From assembly GCA_030390025.1 (NCBI GenBank), contig CM059433.1:6386001-6450000 (forward strand): DNA of 64,000 bases, in the 5' to 3' direction. Made by a program: the position numbers and the translations under genes. The notes beneath the pieces are model-generated. The model worked only from the letters and a program-made list of their open reading frames with translations, did no database searches and was not told the DNA's origin. This document shows, piece after piece, positions 38,383-49,723 of the stretch; the stretch's first letter is position 1; each line of letters starts with the position of its first letter. The DNA comes from Squalus acanthias (taxonomy: Eukaryota).

Positions 38383-39031
38383 GGCCTGGAGTTTCCGCTC
38401 AGTTGCGCTGGTTTTTTTTACGCAATTAGCCCGAAATTGGCAAAACCAGCGCAAAAGATCGCTGGAATTTTAAGTGCAAATTACGTCCAGCGCAAATCGA
38501 GTTTCCGCGATCTTTTGTGCTAGTTTAAAAAACATTGCCCCGCCCACAAAACTGGCCTGTCCCCCAGATCGAATTAATCACCATTGCAAGGTTCTGCTAA
38601 TTGTGCCTGTTTGTGGGCCTTCGAGGAAGCTCTAAAAATTAAGCTGGTTCTTTTGGCAGCATAGGTACATTTTAAAATAGTTTGAATTTTTGTTTTTAAT
38701 TTACTAAGAAACTGACTGCTGTACCCCAATATAACTAGCAAATGGTTCTGTACAGTTTTTTTTTTAAAGTCATTTTCAGTTATTCAAAATCGGGTTACTC
38801 ACAGGTGGTGGTCTGGACACTCTGATTAAAATGCATATTTTTTGTGATAAACCCATTTTCAGCTGTATTAATCAAACTGCACCTGGTTACCGCTCTTAAC
38901 TATATCAAGGAATATATTTTGAAGCAAAATCTTTAAAAAATATTATGTTCTAAAACGCTGTCCGATTGCGCTGGTTCATGGCAGATTTTGCATTCGTATT
39001 TATGCAAATACTCAGGTGGGAAATGAGGGCC
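38383..39031. mobile_element. Probable Harbinger-type MITE
   Basis: Left end GGCCTGGAGTTTCC as at 13378; shared ccgcccacaaaactg motif; right end degenerate. Confidence 0.5.
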
Positions 39032-39179
39032 TTTGAGAAGACAGAAAATGCTGCAAATACTCAGCAGGTCAGGCAACATCCCTGGAGAGAAAAACAATGT
39101 TCACGGCTCACGTCGAGATGCTGTCTGACCAGCTGAGTATTTCCAGCATTTTATGCTGGCATTTCAGATTTACAGCATC

Positions 39180-40300
39180 CGCTCGCAGAGGGACGAGGAA
39201 GATGCAGAAGAGGAGGAAGCAGAAGGAAGGATGCATCCCAGGCAGCCCCTTTGTAGCCGGGAAATCCGGGATGGAATCATCCGCCTGCGGTCCCAGTGAC
39301 CACAACCCCAATTCCCCTTTCAACATTAGTCCCACACTTTACCTTCCCTCTGTTACTGACCATCACAGCGTCCTCTTGGCCACGATGCTGAAATAAAAGC
39401 CACCAGAAAGCAAACTTTCCAATCCACCTATATACGTTTATCCATCCAATGTGACATCAGGAAATCAACTCATCACCCATATGCACTCTTAGTGACTGTC
39501 TTATGTGTGCCTTTGCTTATCCTACTGATGTCACACAGTGCTACCCCAGTGGCTGCAGCATGGTTGGTGGAAGGCTGCTGACTTTCAGTGGGGGACACTG
39601 CAGATGGCCTTACTGGTCGTCCTTGAGGAGCTGGTGGCTAGGAGTGTGAAATCAATCTTCTTCTTGTTCTTCTTCACTCTCCTCTCCCTCCTCGTGGTCA
39701 CCCACTGGCTGATCAGGCTGCATTTCTTGGGTGTGTGAAATGAGGAAGGCACAAGGGTGGAGTTGTGACGGGAGGGTGGGAAAGCATGAGGTGCATGCCG
39801 GAAGGAGGATAACATATGAAGATACCAGCATCTTGTATCCTTTCAGCCCCGCCATTGGCCAAGGGCTCAGCCATGCCCCTGCCAAGAATTGACTGCATCG
39901 TCCCCTCCAAGGGGGTGAGGTGAGGCTAGGAATTGGAGATGTGCCTCATGATTGGTGCAGATTGTTGGTAGGTGAGTGATTGGGGGGGAGCCGTGCATTG
40001 AGCAGTGTGTGAGGCTAGTGATGCAGTTGGTAGGAGACGGCTTTTGAAGATGCATTCACTGACCTTGACCAGTGGTCTGAGGTCATAAAGCTTCTTTGGG
40101 CACTGGAGCCAGGGGGTCGGGGCGACACTGCTAGCAATGACCGCCTCGGTGATGTCGTCCCACATCCTTCTTTCTGGAGGGCCTCCTGACCCCTGTGGGT
40201 AGAGGGCCTGTCTTACAGTGTTGACCCCCTGCACAAAGCTGGAGTGCTGTTGCAAGACCCTGGCTTGCTGAACCATTGGTGTTAGTGCTGAAGCACGTAT
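39180..40300. mobile_element. Harbinger double-deletion derivative, copy 2
   Basis: Colinear with 27885-29075, including both deletion junctions. Confidence 0.8.
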
Positions 40301-41139
40301 CCCATTTTTTGAAGTTAGGAAGGGAATTCAGCTTTAAGAGCTGAGTATTCACATTGGGGACTTTTTAAATGTAAAATTTTTTTTTGAAAGGCAATAAGGG
40401 CTGAAAACTGCATTGATTCACTGGATTTTAATTTGTATTACTTCTGAGTGCGTGGCCCCTTTAATTCACTGGCCTTTCCTTGTCCACAGTTCCTCGCTAG
40501 CTCCACAGCCTCACTCCCAGAGGCCGTGCGAAGCTCGAACGCAGCACCTGGACAGGAACTTCGGGTCGGATGCCTCCACTAACGCCACCAGGATGGCGTT
40601 GCACGGAAGGTAAGCGCTGCGCCACCAATCTCCAGCCCCCCAGACCAATTTTGTCCCATTAGCGTTGTGGCTGTTTTCAGCAGTCGTTAACTCCAGTTGC
40701 CGGTGACACTGGCAACTTTACTGGCGAACACGACTTTCTCCCCCTATATATCTTTATTGCTGCTATCTCCTCCCAGGCTAAAATAGGAATCATATATATT
40801 ATCAAAAGAGGCAATATCAAGAAAAGGTTCATCGACCTGAAATGTTAACTCTGTTTCTCTCTCTCCCCACAGATGCTGCCTGACTGGTTGAGTATTTCCA
40901 GCATTTTCTGTTTATATTTCAGAATTCCAGCATCCGCAGTATTTTGCCTTTGCAAAGTTACAGGCTGGAATTTTTCGGGGTGGTAGCGGGCGCGATCGGT
41001 GGCGGGTCGGGTGGAAAAGTTGTTATTTTTGACAGCCGGTTGGGAAAGTGGTGAAAATCAAGATTTTTATGGTTGAGATCACATTAACGGAAACTTGACA
41101 TTAACATTGAATAAAACACCCAGGTGGCTACCCTTGCAC

Positions 41140-42262
41140 TAGGATGAGAGTGAGTGTGAGCGGTGGCTAGTGAGATGGAGATGTGATAATGGCCCAAAAA
41201 TTCGTGAGGAAGCCTTCGTGCGAGGGTAAGGCTTCCCCGCGATCTCTCACTGCGCGTTGGCTTTTTCAGTTCCAGCTCGCAGGAACTTGATGTTCTGGAC
41301 AGCTGCTGTGCTGGGCTTTCGTATCCCACAGGTGTAGTTAATTCGTGCGAGCTGTGGGATCACGTGACTCAGTTAGAGCCAATGGCAGCACACCATCTTC
41401 CATTCATAACTTTCACATAAGTGCTGTGAAAGCTATGAATACTATAGCCCCCCAAAAGAACAGCTAAACCGCAATTAAATTAAAAAAAAAACCCATCACA
41501 TTAATAAAATAAGTATAGTTAAATAAATTAACCATTTTAAATAAAAAATTAAATTTTTGAAAAAATTTAAAATCTTTTAAAATGTTATAAAAATAAACTT
41601 ACCTGTCTTTAAAGTCGCTAAAAAAGATATACCTGTTAAAAAAAATTCAAAATAATACTTAATTCACTACTTACCTTGTTAAAAGAGGGTCTTACTCCTC
41701 CTTTCTTGATGTGTAAAATCTTCCGTACTTACCTGCGCGTCCAAAGCATGAAGTGCACTGCATGCGCGCAGCCTGTAGCGCGCACGCGGTTCACCTAGGA
41801 ACCGCCCCCTTTTCCATTCACCAAGTGCCGGTTTTCAGCGCATGCGCAGTGCATGCAGAAAACCAGCAATTGGAGACAGAATACGCGAGAGTACGCAGTG
41901 CGTACTCTCGCGTATCAAGACAAATTTTTGGGCCAATGTAGATAGAGAGAGAGGGATGGGTGGAGGTGCAAGGTAAGTTGGTGTGAGTAAGGATGTGCAG
42001 GAGTAGGGTAGGAAAGGCAGAGCGATGGGGATGTGATGAGAGGCACAGCAGGATGAGGTTGATTGTGGCTTTGTACTGACGTTTCCTGATCTAATGAGAT
42101 CATTGAAACGTTTGTGACACTGCACCCAGGTCCTCCTGACCACATCCCTGCTTGTGACCTCCTCTGCAATCTTCAACCAGGCTGTTTTGATCTCCTGGGG
42201 AGGTCTCTTCCGCCCATCGGAAGGGAAGAGGACCTCCCTGCCTGCTCTGACTCCCTCCATAA
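41140..42262 (-). pseudogene. Harbinger Myb/SANT exon 1 and intron fragment, split by a MITE
   Basis: REVLFPSDGRKRPPQEIKTAWLKIAEEV...RTWVQCHKRFNDL; paralog of 9255-9625. Confidence 0.85.
41191..41934. mobile_element. Young Harbinger-type MITE, copy 2
   Basis: TIR GGCCCAAAAATT; TSD AAT; paralogous empty site gtgataatgtagat at ~9300. Confidence 0.93.
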
Positions 42263-42264
42263 AC

Positions 42265-42425
42265 ATATAGAATTATAGAATCATAGAAAGTTACAGCACA
42301 GAAGGAGGCCATTCAGCCCATCTTGTTCGTGCCGGCCGACAAAGAGCTATCCAGCCTAATCCCACTTTCCAGCACTTGGTCCGTATCCTTGTAGGTTACG
42401 GCACTTCAAGTGCATATCCAAGTAC
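42265..42425 (-). mobile_element. CR1 3' end
   Basis: YLDMHLKCRNLQGYGPSAGKWD plus tail. Confidence 0.85.
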
Positions 42426-42659
42426 ATGGATAGTATCAAATAATGTGCTGTATCAAACAGGTGACTGCTACATAGGCTGGCACTTTCATCTCCTTTCCCA
42501 CTGTATAGCAACATTGGAATAACATGGCTTCCTAACGTCACTGCACTGCTGCATTTCCCAAAGTAGATGGGTCATTGATGGCAGGCATGTGGAAATCCTG
42601 CAGCCATGCCGTGTGTCAGTAAGCAACCATGCATCATGCAGGTACATTCACTTTATGTG

Positions 42660-43140
42660 TGAAGTCCCGTTCGCCCATCTCCCCTGTGCTCGCTGACCTA
42701 CATTGGCTCCCGGTTAAGCAGCGGCTCGATTTCAAAATTCTCATCCTTGTTTTCAAATCCCTCCATGGCCTCGCCCCTTTCCTATCTCTGTAATCTCCTT
42801 CAGCCCCACAACCCCCCGAGATATCTGCGTTCCTCTAATTCTGCCCTCTTGAGGATCCCTGATTATAAATCGCTCAACCTTTGGTGGCCGTGCCTTCTGT
42901 TGCCTAGGCTCTAAGCTCTGGAATTCCCTGCTTAAACCTCTCCGCCTCGCTACCTCTCTTTCCTCCTTTTAGACGCTCCTTAAAACCTACCTCTTTGACC
43001 AAGCTTTTGGTCACCTGCCCTAATTTCTCCTTATGTGGCTCGGTGTCAAATTTTTTGTCTTAAAATACTCCTGTGCAGCGCCTTGGGACGTTTTACCACG
43101 TTAAAGGTGCTATATAAATACAAGTTGTTTTTGTTGTTGT
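42660..43140 (+). mobile_element. L2 LINE 3' fragment
   Basis: ISPVLADLHWLPVKQRLDFKILILVFKSLHGLAP. Confidence 0.9.
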
Positions 43141-44193
43141 TTAATCCCTTTGAAAATGTGAGGATATCACTTGTAAATTGCACCTTGAATTTGTGCCCTG
43201 CCAGAGTATGGTCATGTATGACATCGAGAAAATCGGGCTGTGCGGATAACGGGCGGCTGATCCGCCACCATCCGTTTACCGCCACCGCCTAAAATGAAAG
43301 TCGAGCCCGCGTGACTTTTCGGCTTTCCAAATCCATTCCACCACAAACAATGGCGGAGCTGATCCGTAAGTAACAGCAACAGCTAACACTGGCGGTCCCA
43401 GTTTTTGGCAATACCTTAAAAACTGGGGCTTCACACCGATAGCGAGGCCTCCTCATTCTGCCCGAAGATGTGCCGGGCATTATCAAGGATGCAATGAATC
43501 TTATCAAGGCCCCACTTTGGTACAGAGCCTGGTCAAAAAATTACCCTTTCATTTTTTGCATGCGGTAAACTAAACATTGTGACCCTTTCTAGTGAGTGCT
43601 GAGCAGGCTCTTCATAAATAGATGAAATAAAACTAGAGTGGTTGGTTGAGTTGATTTTGAACAACCTACTAATATTGATAATTCCTACGACTGCAATACT
43701 GCAATCTAGTTTGATAGGTCAGTATGTCACCCCAGTAGAGATTAAAAAAATAAAAATAGAAAGTGCTGGTAATCTGAATTAAGAACAAAAAAGTCTTGGA
43801 AAAGCACAGCAAGAAAGAAAAAACAAACTTTTATTTATATCAGGATGTCTCCAAAGTGTTTCACAGCTAATGAACTACTTTTTCTGAAGTGGAGCTGCTG
43901 TTTTGTGGGTAAATGTGGTACTCATAGAAACATAGAAACATAGAAGATAGGAGCAGGAGTCGGCCATTCGGCCCCTCGAGCCTGCTCCGCCATTCAATGC
44001 GATCATGGCTGATCATCTCAATGTGTGCACAGTAAGAGCTCAGAAACAGCAATGAAGATGAATGACCAATTGATCAGTTTTCATGGTTGAGGGATGAATG
44101 TTTGGCCAGGACACCAGGGGAACTTCCCTGGTCTTCTTCGACATGGGATGCTTTATATCCACCAGCACAGGCAAACAGGCCCTCAGTTTAATA

Positions 44194-44400
44194 ACAACAG
44201 AAAATGCTGGAAACACTCAGCAGGTCAGGCAGCATCCGTGGAGAGAGAAACAGAGTTAACGTTTCAGGTCTGGGACCCTTCGTCAGAACCTGAAACGTTA
44301 ACTCTGTTTCTCTCTCCATGGATGCTGCCTGGCCTGCTTGAGTGCTTGCAGCATCTTCTGTTGTTATTTCAGATTTCCAGCATCCGCAGTATTTTGCTAT
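44194..44400. mobile_element. Fold-back Penelope-like insertion inside a degenerate minus-strand SINE; intact hammerhead at 44255-44289 (-)
   Basis: ~75-bp inverted arms; 14-bp TSD CCCTCAGTTTAATA; rc GTT-CTGACGA-A-GGGTC(cca)GACCT-GAAA-CGT-T-AAC. Confidence 0.88.
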
Positions 44401-45616
44401 CCCTCAGTTTAATATCTCATCCGAAAGTATGTTAGTGCCTGAAAGAGAATGACCAGCTTCGTGTCCTCAGAACCCATCTTTATCGCCTGAATGTGGCCAT
44501 GTTATTGGAGATGGTTAATAATGTTACTCTTTGGTCACTTACAGAATCCATTACTGTCAAACTGAATTAGCAGACAGATTTTGAATAATGTACTTAACTG
44601 GTAGAGTTGGGAAAACAGGAACTTACTGTTTACCATTGTGTGTTAATTTAGCCCAGTCATCTTATTTGCCTCCAGTCAAAGGTTCTGGGTTCAAGCTCGA
44701 CTCCCAGACCCCCTTTTCTGATAGCTGGTGAGGTGGCCATTCCACGGTTGGAGGTTGGTGCCCCAGAGGATGGCCGTGCACTGTGTCAGCTGTGGCTCAG
44801 TGGGTAGCACACTCGCCTCTGAGTCAGAAGGTTGTGGGTTGCTAGGCTGACACTCCAGTGCAAAAACGGACTAGGTGGGCCGAACAGCCGATTTATGTGC
44901 TGTAATTTCTATGGATTTCCATATCTGTAATATGAACATTAGCCGTTGTTCTGGATACAAAAATCTGTTTTGTTAAAATCTGTTGGTTGATTTTCCCCCA
45001 ATAAAACTTCCTTGGATCTATTTCCATCTCCTTAGAAATAAGTAACAATAAAATGATCTCACAACCAGATACTTCATGGAGTTCTGATGAAAGGTCATTG
45101 GCCTGAAACATTGGCCGGAGTTCTCACGTTGCAGAACGGGCGGGTTTGGGAGCGGGTCGGCGGTTCAAAGCGCTGAAATTGACAGCGCGTCGGGAACCCG
45201 CCGTCATCCCACCGACTTCCGCATTTAACTGGGGCGTGTTTTCGGAGCGCGCCACGGATCCGCTCAGGAGAGGCGGGTGACCTTATTGAGGTAGTCAACT
45301 GCCCGTCGAGAGACCCTTAACAACCTTTTTAACCTCAGGTTTCAACTTTAACTGGTTGCTCACGGGAAGCTCGCCTGTGAAGGGAACAGTGGCCATTGTG
45401 CTACTTCGCTAAGCGACAGCTGGAAAAAGCACATAAATACTCACACCTTAGACCTGCTTCCTTACCCAAGAGGAAAGGCTCTTGCTGACTCCATTTTGTG
45501 CAGAGATTTTGCTTTCAGGAGTTTGCAGGTGATTTCTACAACCTCGGAAGCCACTCTCACTACATTGGAGGATTGTGCCTCTGAGCTCCACTTTACCTGG
45601 TATCTATTAGATCAGC

Positions 45617-46834
45617 ATGGGTGCCGCTGATGCTGTTTCACCTTGGACCTCAGAATCAGACCAAGATGAGCCCCACCACCAACACCAGCCACACCAGCAT
45701 CAGCAGTAACCTCCTCCTCACCGACCTGCTGCTCCACAGGAGAGAGGAGATGAGCACAGGGGTGCACCGCGCCGGAGGCGATGCCCCCAACACAGGGTAT
45801 ACAGGCAGAGGATGAGCTTCCTGGACATGACTGAACAGCAGTGCCTCAGGAGGCTCAGGCTATCGTGCCAGGTCGCCGCAGACATTTGCAGCCTGCTGGA
45901 AGAAGACCTACTGCCCAGAGGACCGGGTGGACACCCCTTACCAGTGGCTGTCAAAGTCACCATCGCTCTCAACTTCTTTGCCTCCGGCTCCTTCCAGGGA
46001 TCTGCAGCAGACATTTCCAGGATATCGCAGTTGGCCATACACAGCTGCATCACCCAGGTGACCGATGCCATGTTTCACAAGTCCGCCACTTATATAAACT
46101 TTGCCACTGATGAGGCCAGTGTGACTGAGCGGGCACTCGGCTTTGTGGCTCTGGCTGGCTTCCAACATGTGCAGGGTGTCATCGACTGTACACATGTGGC
46201 CATCAAGGCACCCCCAGATCACCCAGGAATCTTTGTGAACTGGAAGGGCTTCTACTCCCTCAATGTGCAGCTTGTCTGCAACCATAAAAAGGTGATCATG
46301 CATGTGTGCGCCAGATTCCCTGGCAGCTGTCATGACTCTTTTGTCCTGCGCCAGTCCACCCTCCCTCAGCTCTTCGCACCTCCAAACAGACTTACCCGCT
46401 GGCTGCTTGGAGACAAGAGCTATCCACGGAAGACGTGGCTGATGACACACTTGAGGAGGCCAAGCAATGAGGCCGAGGAGCGCTATAATGACAGCCACAT
46501 GTCCACCAGATGTGTTATAGAGCAAGCAATCGGCATGCTGAAGATGCACTTCAGATGCCTTGACAGATCTGGAGGAGCCCTTCAGTACGCACCAGCCAGG
46601 GTCTCCAGAATCATCGTCGTATGTTGCGCGCTGCACAACAGAGCACAGCAGCGAGGATTGGAGCTGCAGGAGGAGCAAGGCGCAGAGCGCACAGCCTCTT
46701 TGGAGGAGCAAGTGGAGGAGGAGAGAGAGAGAGAGAGAGAACAGCTGAGCAGAGCTTGGAGCGTCCTGCGCTCTTCCGACGAGGACTTTCCACTGCTGTC
46801 CCTGTCTCCACCATCTGCTCTTGCTCACTTGTGA
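45617..46834 (+). pseudogene. HARBI1-like DDE transposase; premature TAA at 45707; native C-terminus lost
   Basis: IDCTH, FPGSCHD, LLGDKSY, VIEQAIG motifs; open frame from 45812. Confidence 0.9.
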
Positions 46835-47075
46835 TGTGTGAGACACCAGGTGACAACACTACTCTATGTCTTGCAGGACCCACCGAGGTGTGCGTATCTG
46901 TGCTGGTGCTGGGTGCACATGGGTCTGGTGATGGTGCACCCTCAGAGAATGGAGCTTCCTCTGAGGAGTTGTCTTCTTCCTCCGGCTGGACAGTGGGGGT
47001 GGCGGGGGGGGGGGGCACTTGATGGAGAGTAAAGACATGAATTAAACCTCTTATGATCAGAAGGTGTAACGTTAC

Positions 47076-47268
47076 TGATGTAAGAAAACTACTAGGCACT
47101 TGGTCTAAGTGTTAAACAAGGCTTTAATCAACTGTTTTTCAACATGGAGATCTAGTTGTGTCCTTCACTAGTTCCTGTTGAGGAATGTCCTAAGCAAGCT
47201 GGGCCCATGCCCGGGTATTTATACTCTCCCTGGACAGTGCCACCAGCAGGCCGCCCAGTATTACTTCA
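47076..47268 (-). mobile_element. Probable solo LTR
   Basis: TGATGTAA...TTACTTCA inverted termini; TATAAATA then ATTAAA on the minus strand; no clean TSD. Confidence 0.55.
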
Positions 47269-47571
47269 TTCATGAATGACAAGATTCATGTCAGTTACCA
47301 TTATGCACATGATGCTATTTCACTGGCTGCTGACATCAGTCACCATGAGTGACTGTTGTATACCATGTGGGATATTTAATTCTGTCACCAGGTTGCTGGG
47401 ATGTCCCCCTCTCTCTGTCTCCCACCGCCAGCAGCTCTGTCACTCCACTTATGTCGAGAGCATCCTCCTCTGCTGGCATCAAATTAGTCTATATTGGAGG
47501 GCCACCTCTGGTTCTTTCTCTTTCTCTCCTGTTCTGCGCTCTCTTCTGTAAGGAGGGAAAGAAGAGACATT

Positions 47572-47828
47572 GGGCTGGATTTTGATAATGGGGCGGGTTG
47601 GGGTCGTGTTATCCACCCGCCTGCAATTGGATGTGGGAGATTGATGCAATTTTCACTTAATTGGGCAATTGAGTTCCAGCATGTGGGAACCCATGACCCA
47701 ATTAGTGTTTTCAGTCTGAAAGTCGCGTCGGATGATGTCATCATTGCAGGTCAGAGACTACCTGGTCTCAGAGATTGCCTGGCCTTTGCTGTGAGAGGAC
47801 CTGGATGCAAAATGAGCAGCATCTCAGA

Positions 47829-47862
<34 letters not shown>

Positions 47863-48324
47863 ATTTGTTTTGCAACCAAGTCCTCCCAGGCAGTCTCTGA
47901 AGACATTCAATGCAGCAGCATCAGAGGCGACTTTCAGACCTAATACTACTACTACCTTCATCACAATACTACTACTACCTTCATCACATCTCCGTTGTAA
48001 TAGTGGACCTGCAGCTGATAGTCAGCTATCCACTTGTGCTCCCGCCAGGTTTCACTGGCGTGTTTCACATCAGGCGTACTTCACGTCGGAAAAGGGTTAA
48101 ACTAGCTAAAACGTTTCAAAATGGCATTACAGAGCCAATTTAGGGCTTGTTAAGGGCTTTAATGGCCTCTCCCGCCTCTTGGAGGCGGGAACCCCGTGAC
48201 CGATTTTGTCAAAATTGCGTGGAGGCAGAATGGAGTCGGGATGGGGTCGGGACCCCCGAATCTGCAACTTTAACCCCCCACATGCCTCCAAACCCGACTC
48301 CATGGGTCATTGAAAATCCAGCCC
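47572..48324. mobile_element. MITE of the 5804-9068 Harbinger family
   Basis: Perfect TIR GGGCTGGATTTT; TSD ATT/TTT; both subterminal regions are homologous to those of 5804-9068. Confidence 0.88.
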
Positions 48325-48623
48325 TTTGAGTGAGAGTCATGGAATGAGTGTATGGGATGGATGGGCTACACCTGTATGAGGGAGTGGCCAAATGCCTCCT
48401 TATGTGATGTTACTTTGTAGGATTGCATTAGGATGAGGGTGAGTGTCGGTGATGGACAGTCAGATGGGAATGTGAGTAGGTGCATAGACAGAGAGGGATG
48501 GATGCACCTGGAAGGTAGGTTGGTGTGAGGAGTGATGTGCAAGAGTCGGCTTGGGAAGGCAGAGTGATGGGGTTTGGGGTGACACGCACATCAGGATGTA
48601 GTTGAGTGTGGCATTGCACTCAC

Positions 48624-48876
48624 CTTTCCTGACCTGGTGAGATCATTAAATCTCTTGCGGCATTGAATCCAGGAGTGGCTGACCACACGTTCTGCTGCCC
48701 ACCTCTTGGGCGATCTCCAGCCATGCCCTCTTGGATTCACTGGCTGCTCTCTTCCTGCCGCTACCAGGGAATAGGACTTCCCTCCGTGCTCTGACTCCCT
48801 GGACCAGGACTTCCAGGAAGGCATCTGAGAACCCGGGCGCAGCCTTCTGGCGCTGTGACTCCATCCTTGCACCCAC
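48624..48876 (-). pseudogene. Myb/SANT exon 1 of Harbinger 45113-49172 (further exons at ~47390-47546 and ~46745-46995)
   Basis: APGFSDAFLEVLVQGVRARREVLFP...WLEIAQEV, frameshift, WIQCRKRFNDLTRSGK then gtgagt donor. Confidence 0.85.
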
Positions 48877-49723
48877 ACAAATCTCCTTGATATATAGCAG
48901 TAGCCACCTCTTCCAACCGCCTGTACACCTCCTCCAACAACCACCAACTGGGATGTGTGCGAGGCTCCTTTATGTATTTGGGCGGAAAGCGAGTCATTGG
49001 TGACGTCATCAGACCCGCTCCAGTTAATTGGCCGGGAAACCCTCACGACTCTTTCAATTGATGCGATTGAGTTAAACGCACGGTGCAGAACGTGCTGTTG
49101 AAAGGTTCGGGAGGACGACCCGCTACGTGGCCCGCAGGCACCCGCCCCGACTCCAAGGTGAAAATTCCGGCCATTAACTCGGTTTCTCTCTCCACAGATT
49201 CTGCCTGACCTGCACGGCTATTTCCAGCACTTTCTAGTTTTTTTATTTCAGATACTTCATGATTTGTGACATTTCCCCCTTATTTGCAAAAGACTCGATT
49301 TTCATTAAAGCTGACAAGTCTACATTAGTGACTGACACACTCTGTAGAAACCTTTTAGTGAGGGCCTGATACAGTGGCAGGATATGCAACAATTACATTA
49401 ATGCTTTCATGCCAATTATCCTACAAGTGTGGTCATCTGTGAAATAACTGTTAAAAAATCTCCATTACTTTTTAATGAAAATAAAGATAGCCCAGCACAT
49501 TTTCTTTTGTCAAATAAAAAAAAAAGCATTTGTTCAATGCATCACTCGGGCACGAAAACGTCAGGCTGAACAAGTACGTGACTGTTTCATTGCAATGCTA
49601 CTTAAAATTTAAACATAACGGAGAGTGTGGATACCTGCGGACTTGAGCGGACTATAAATGGGATCTTGGGCTTCATAAATAGAGGTCATGATGCGGAGGT
49701 CATGATGCTGCCCTAAGCTTGAC

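Larger units (their letters stand above)
45113..49172. mobile_element. Harbinger transposon (transposase on +, Myb on -), internally deleted, with nested MITE and solo LTR
   Basis: TIRs GGCCGGAGTTCTCACGTTG / rc GGCCGGAATTTTCACCTTG; TSD ATT at 45110-45112 and 49173-49175. Confidence 0.92.

Noticed and set aside
44435..44570. Protein-like stretch CLKENDQLRVLRTHLYRLN as a host exon
   Set aside because: No polypyrimidine tract, weak donor, no recognisable homology.
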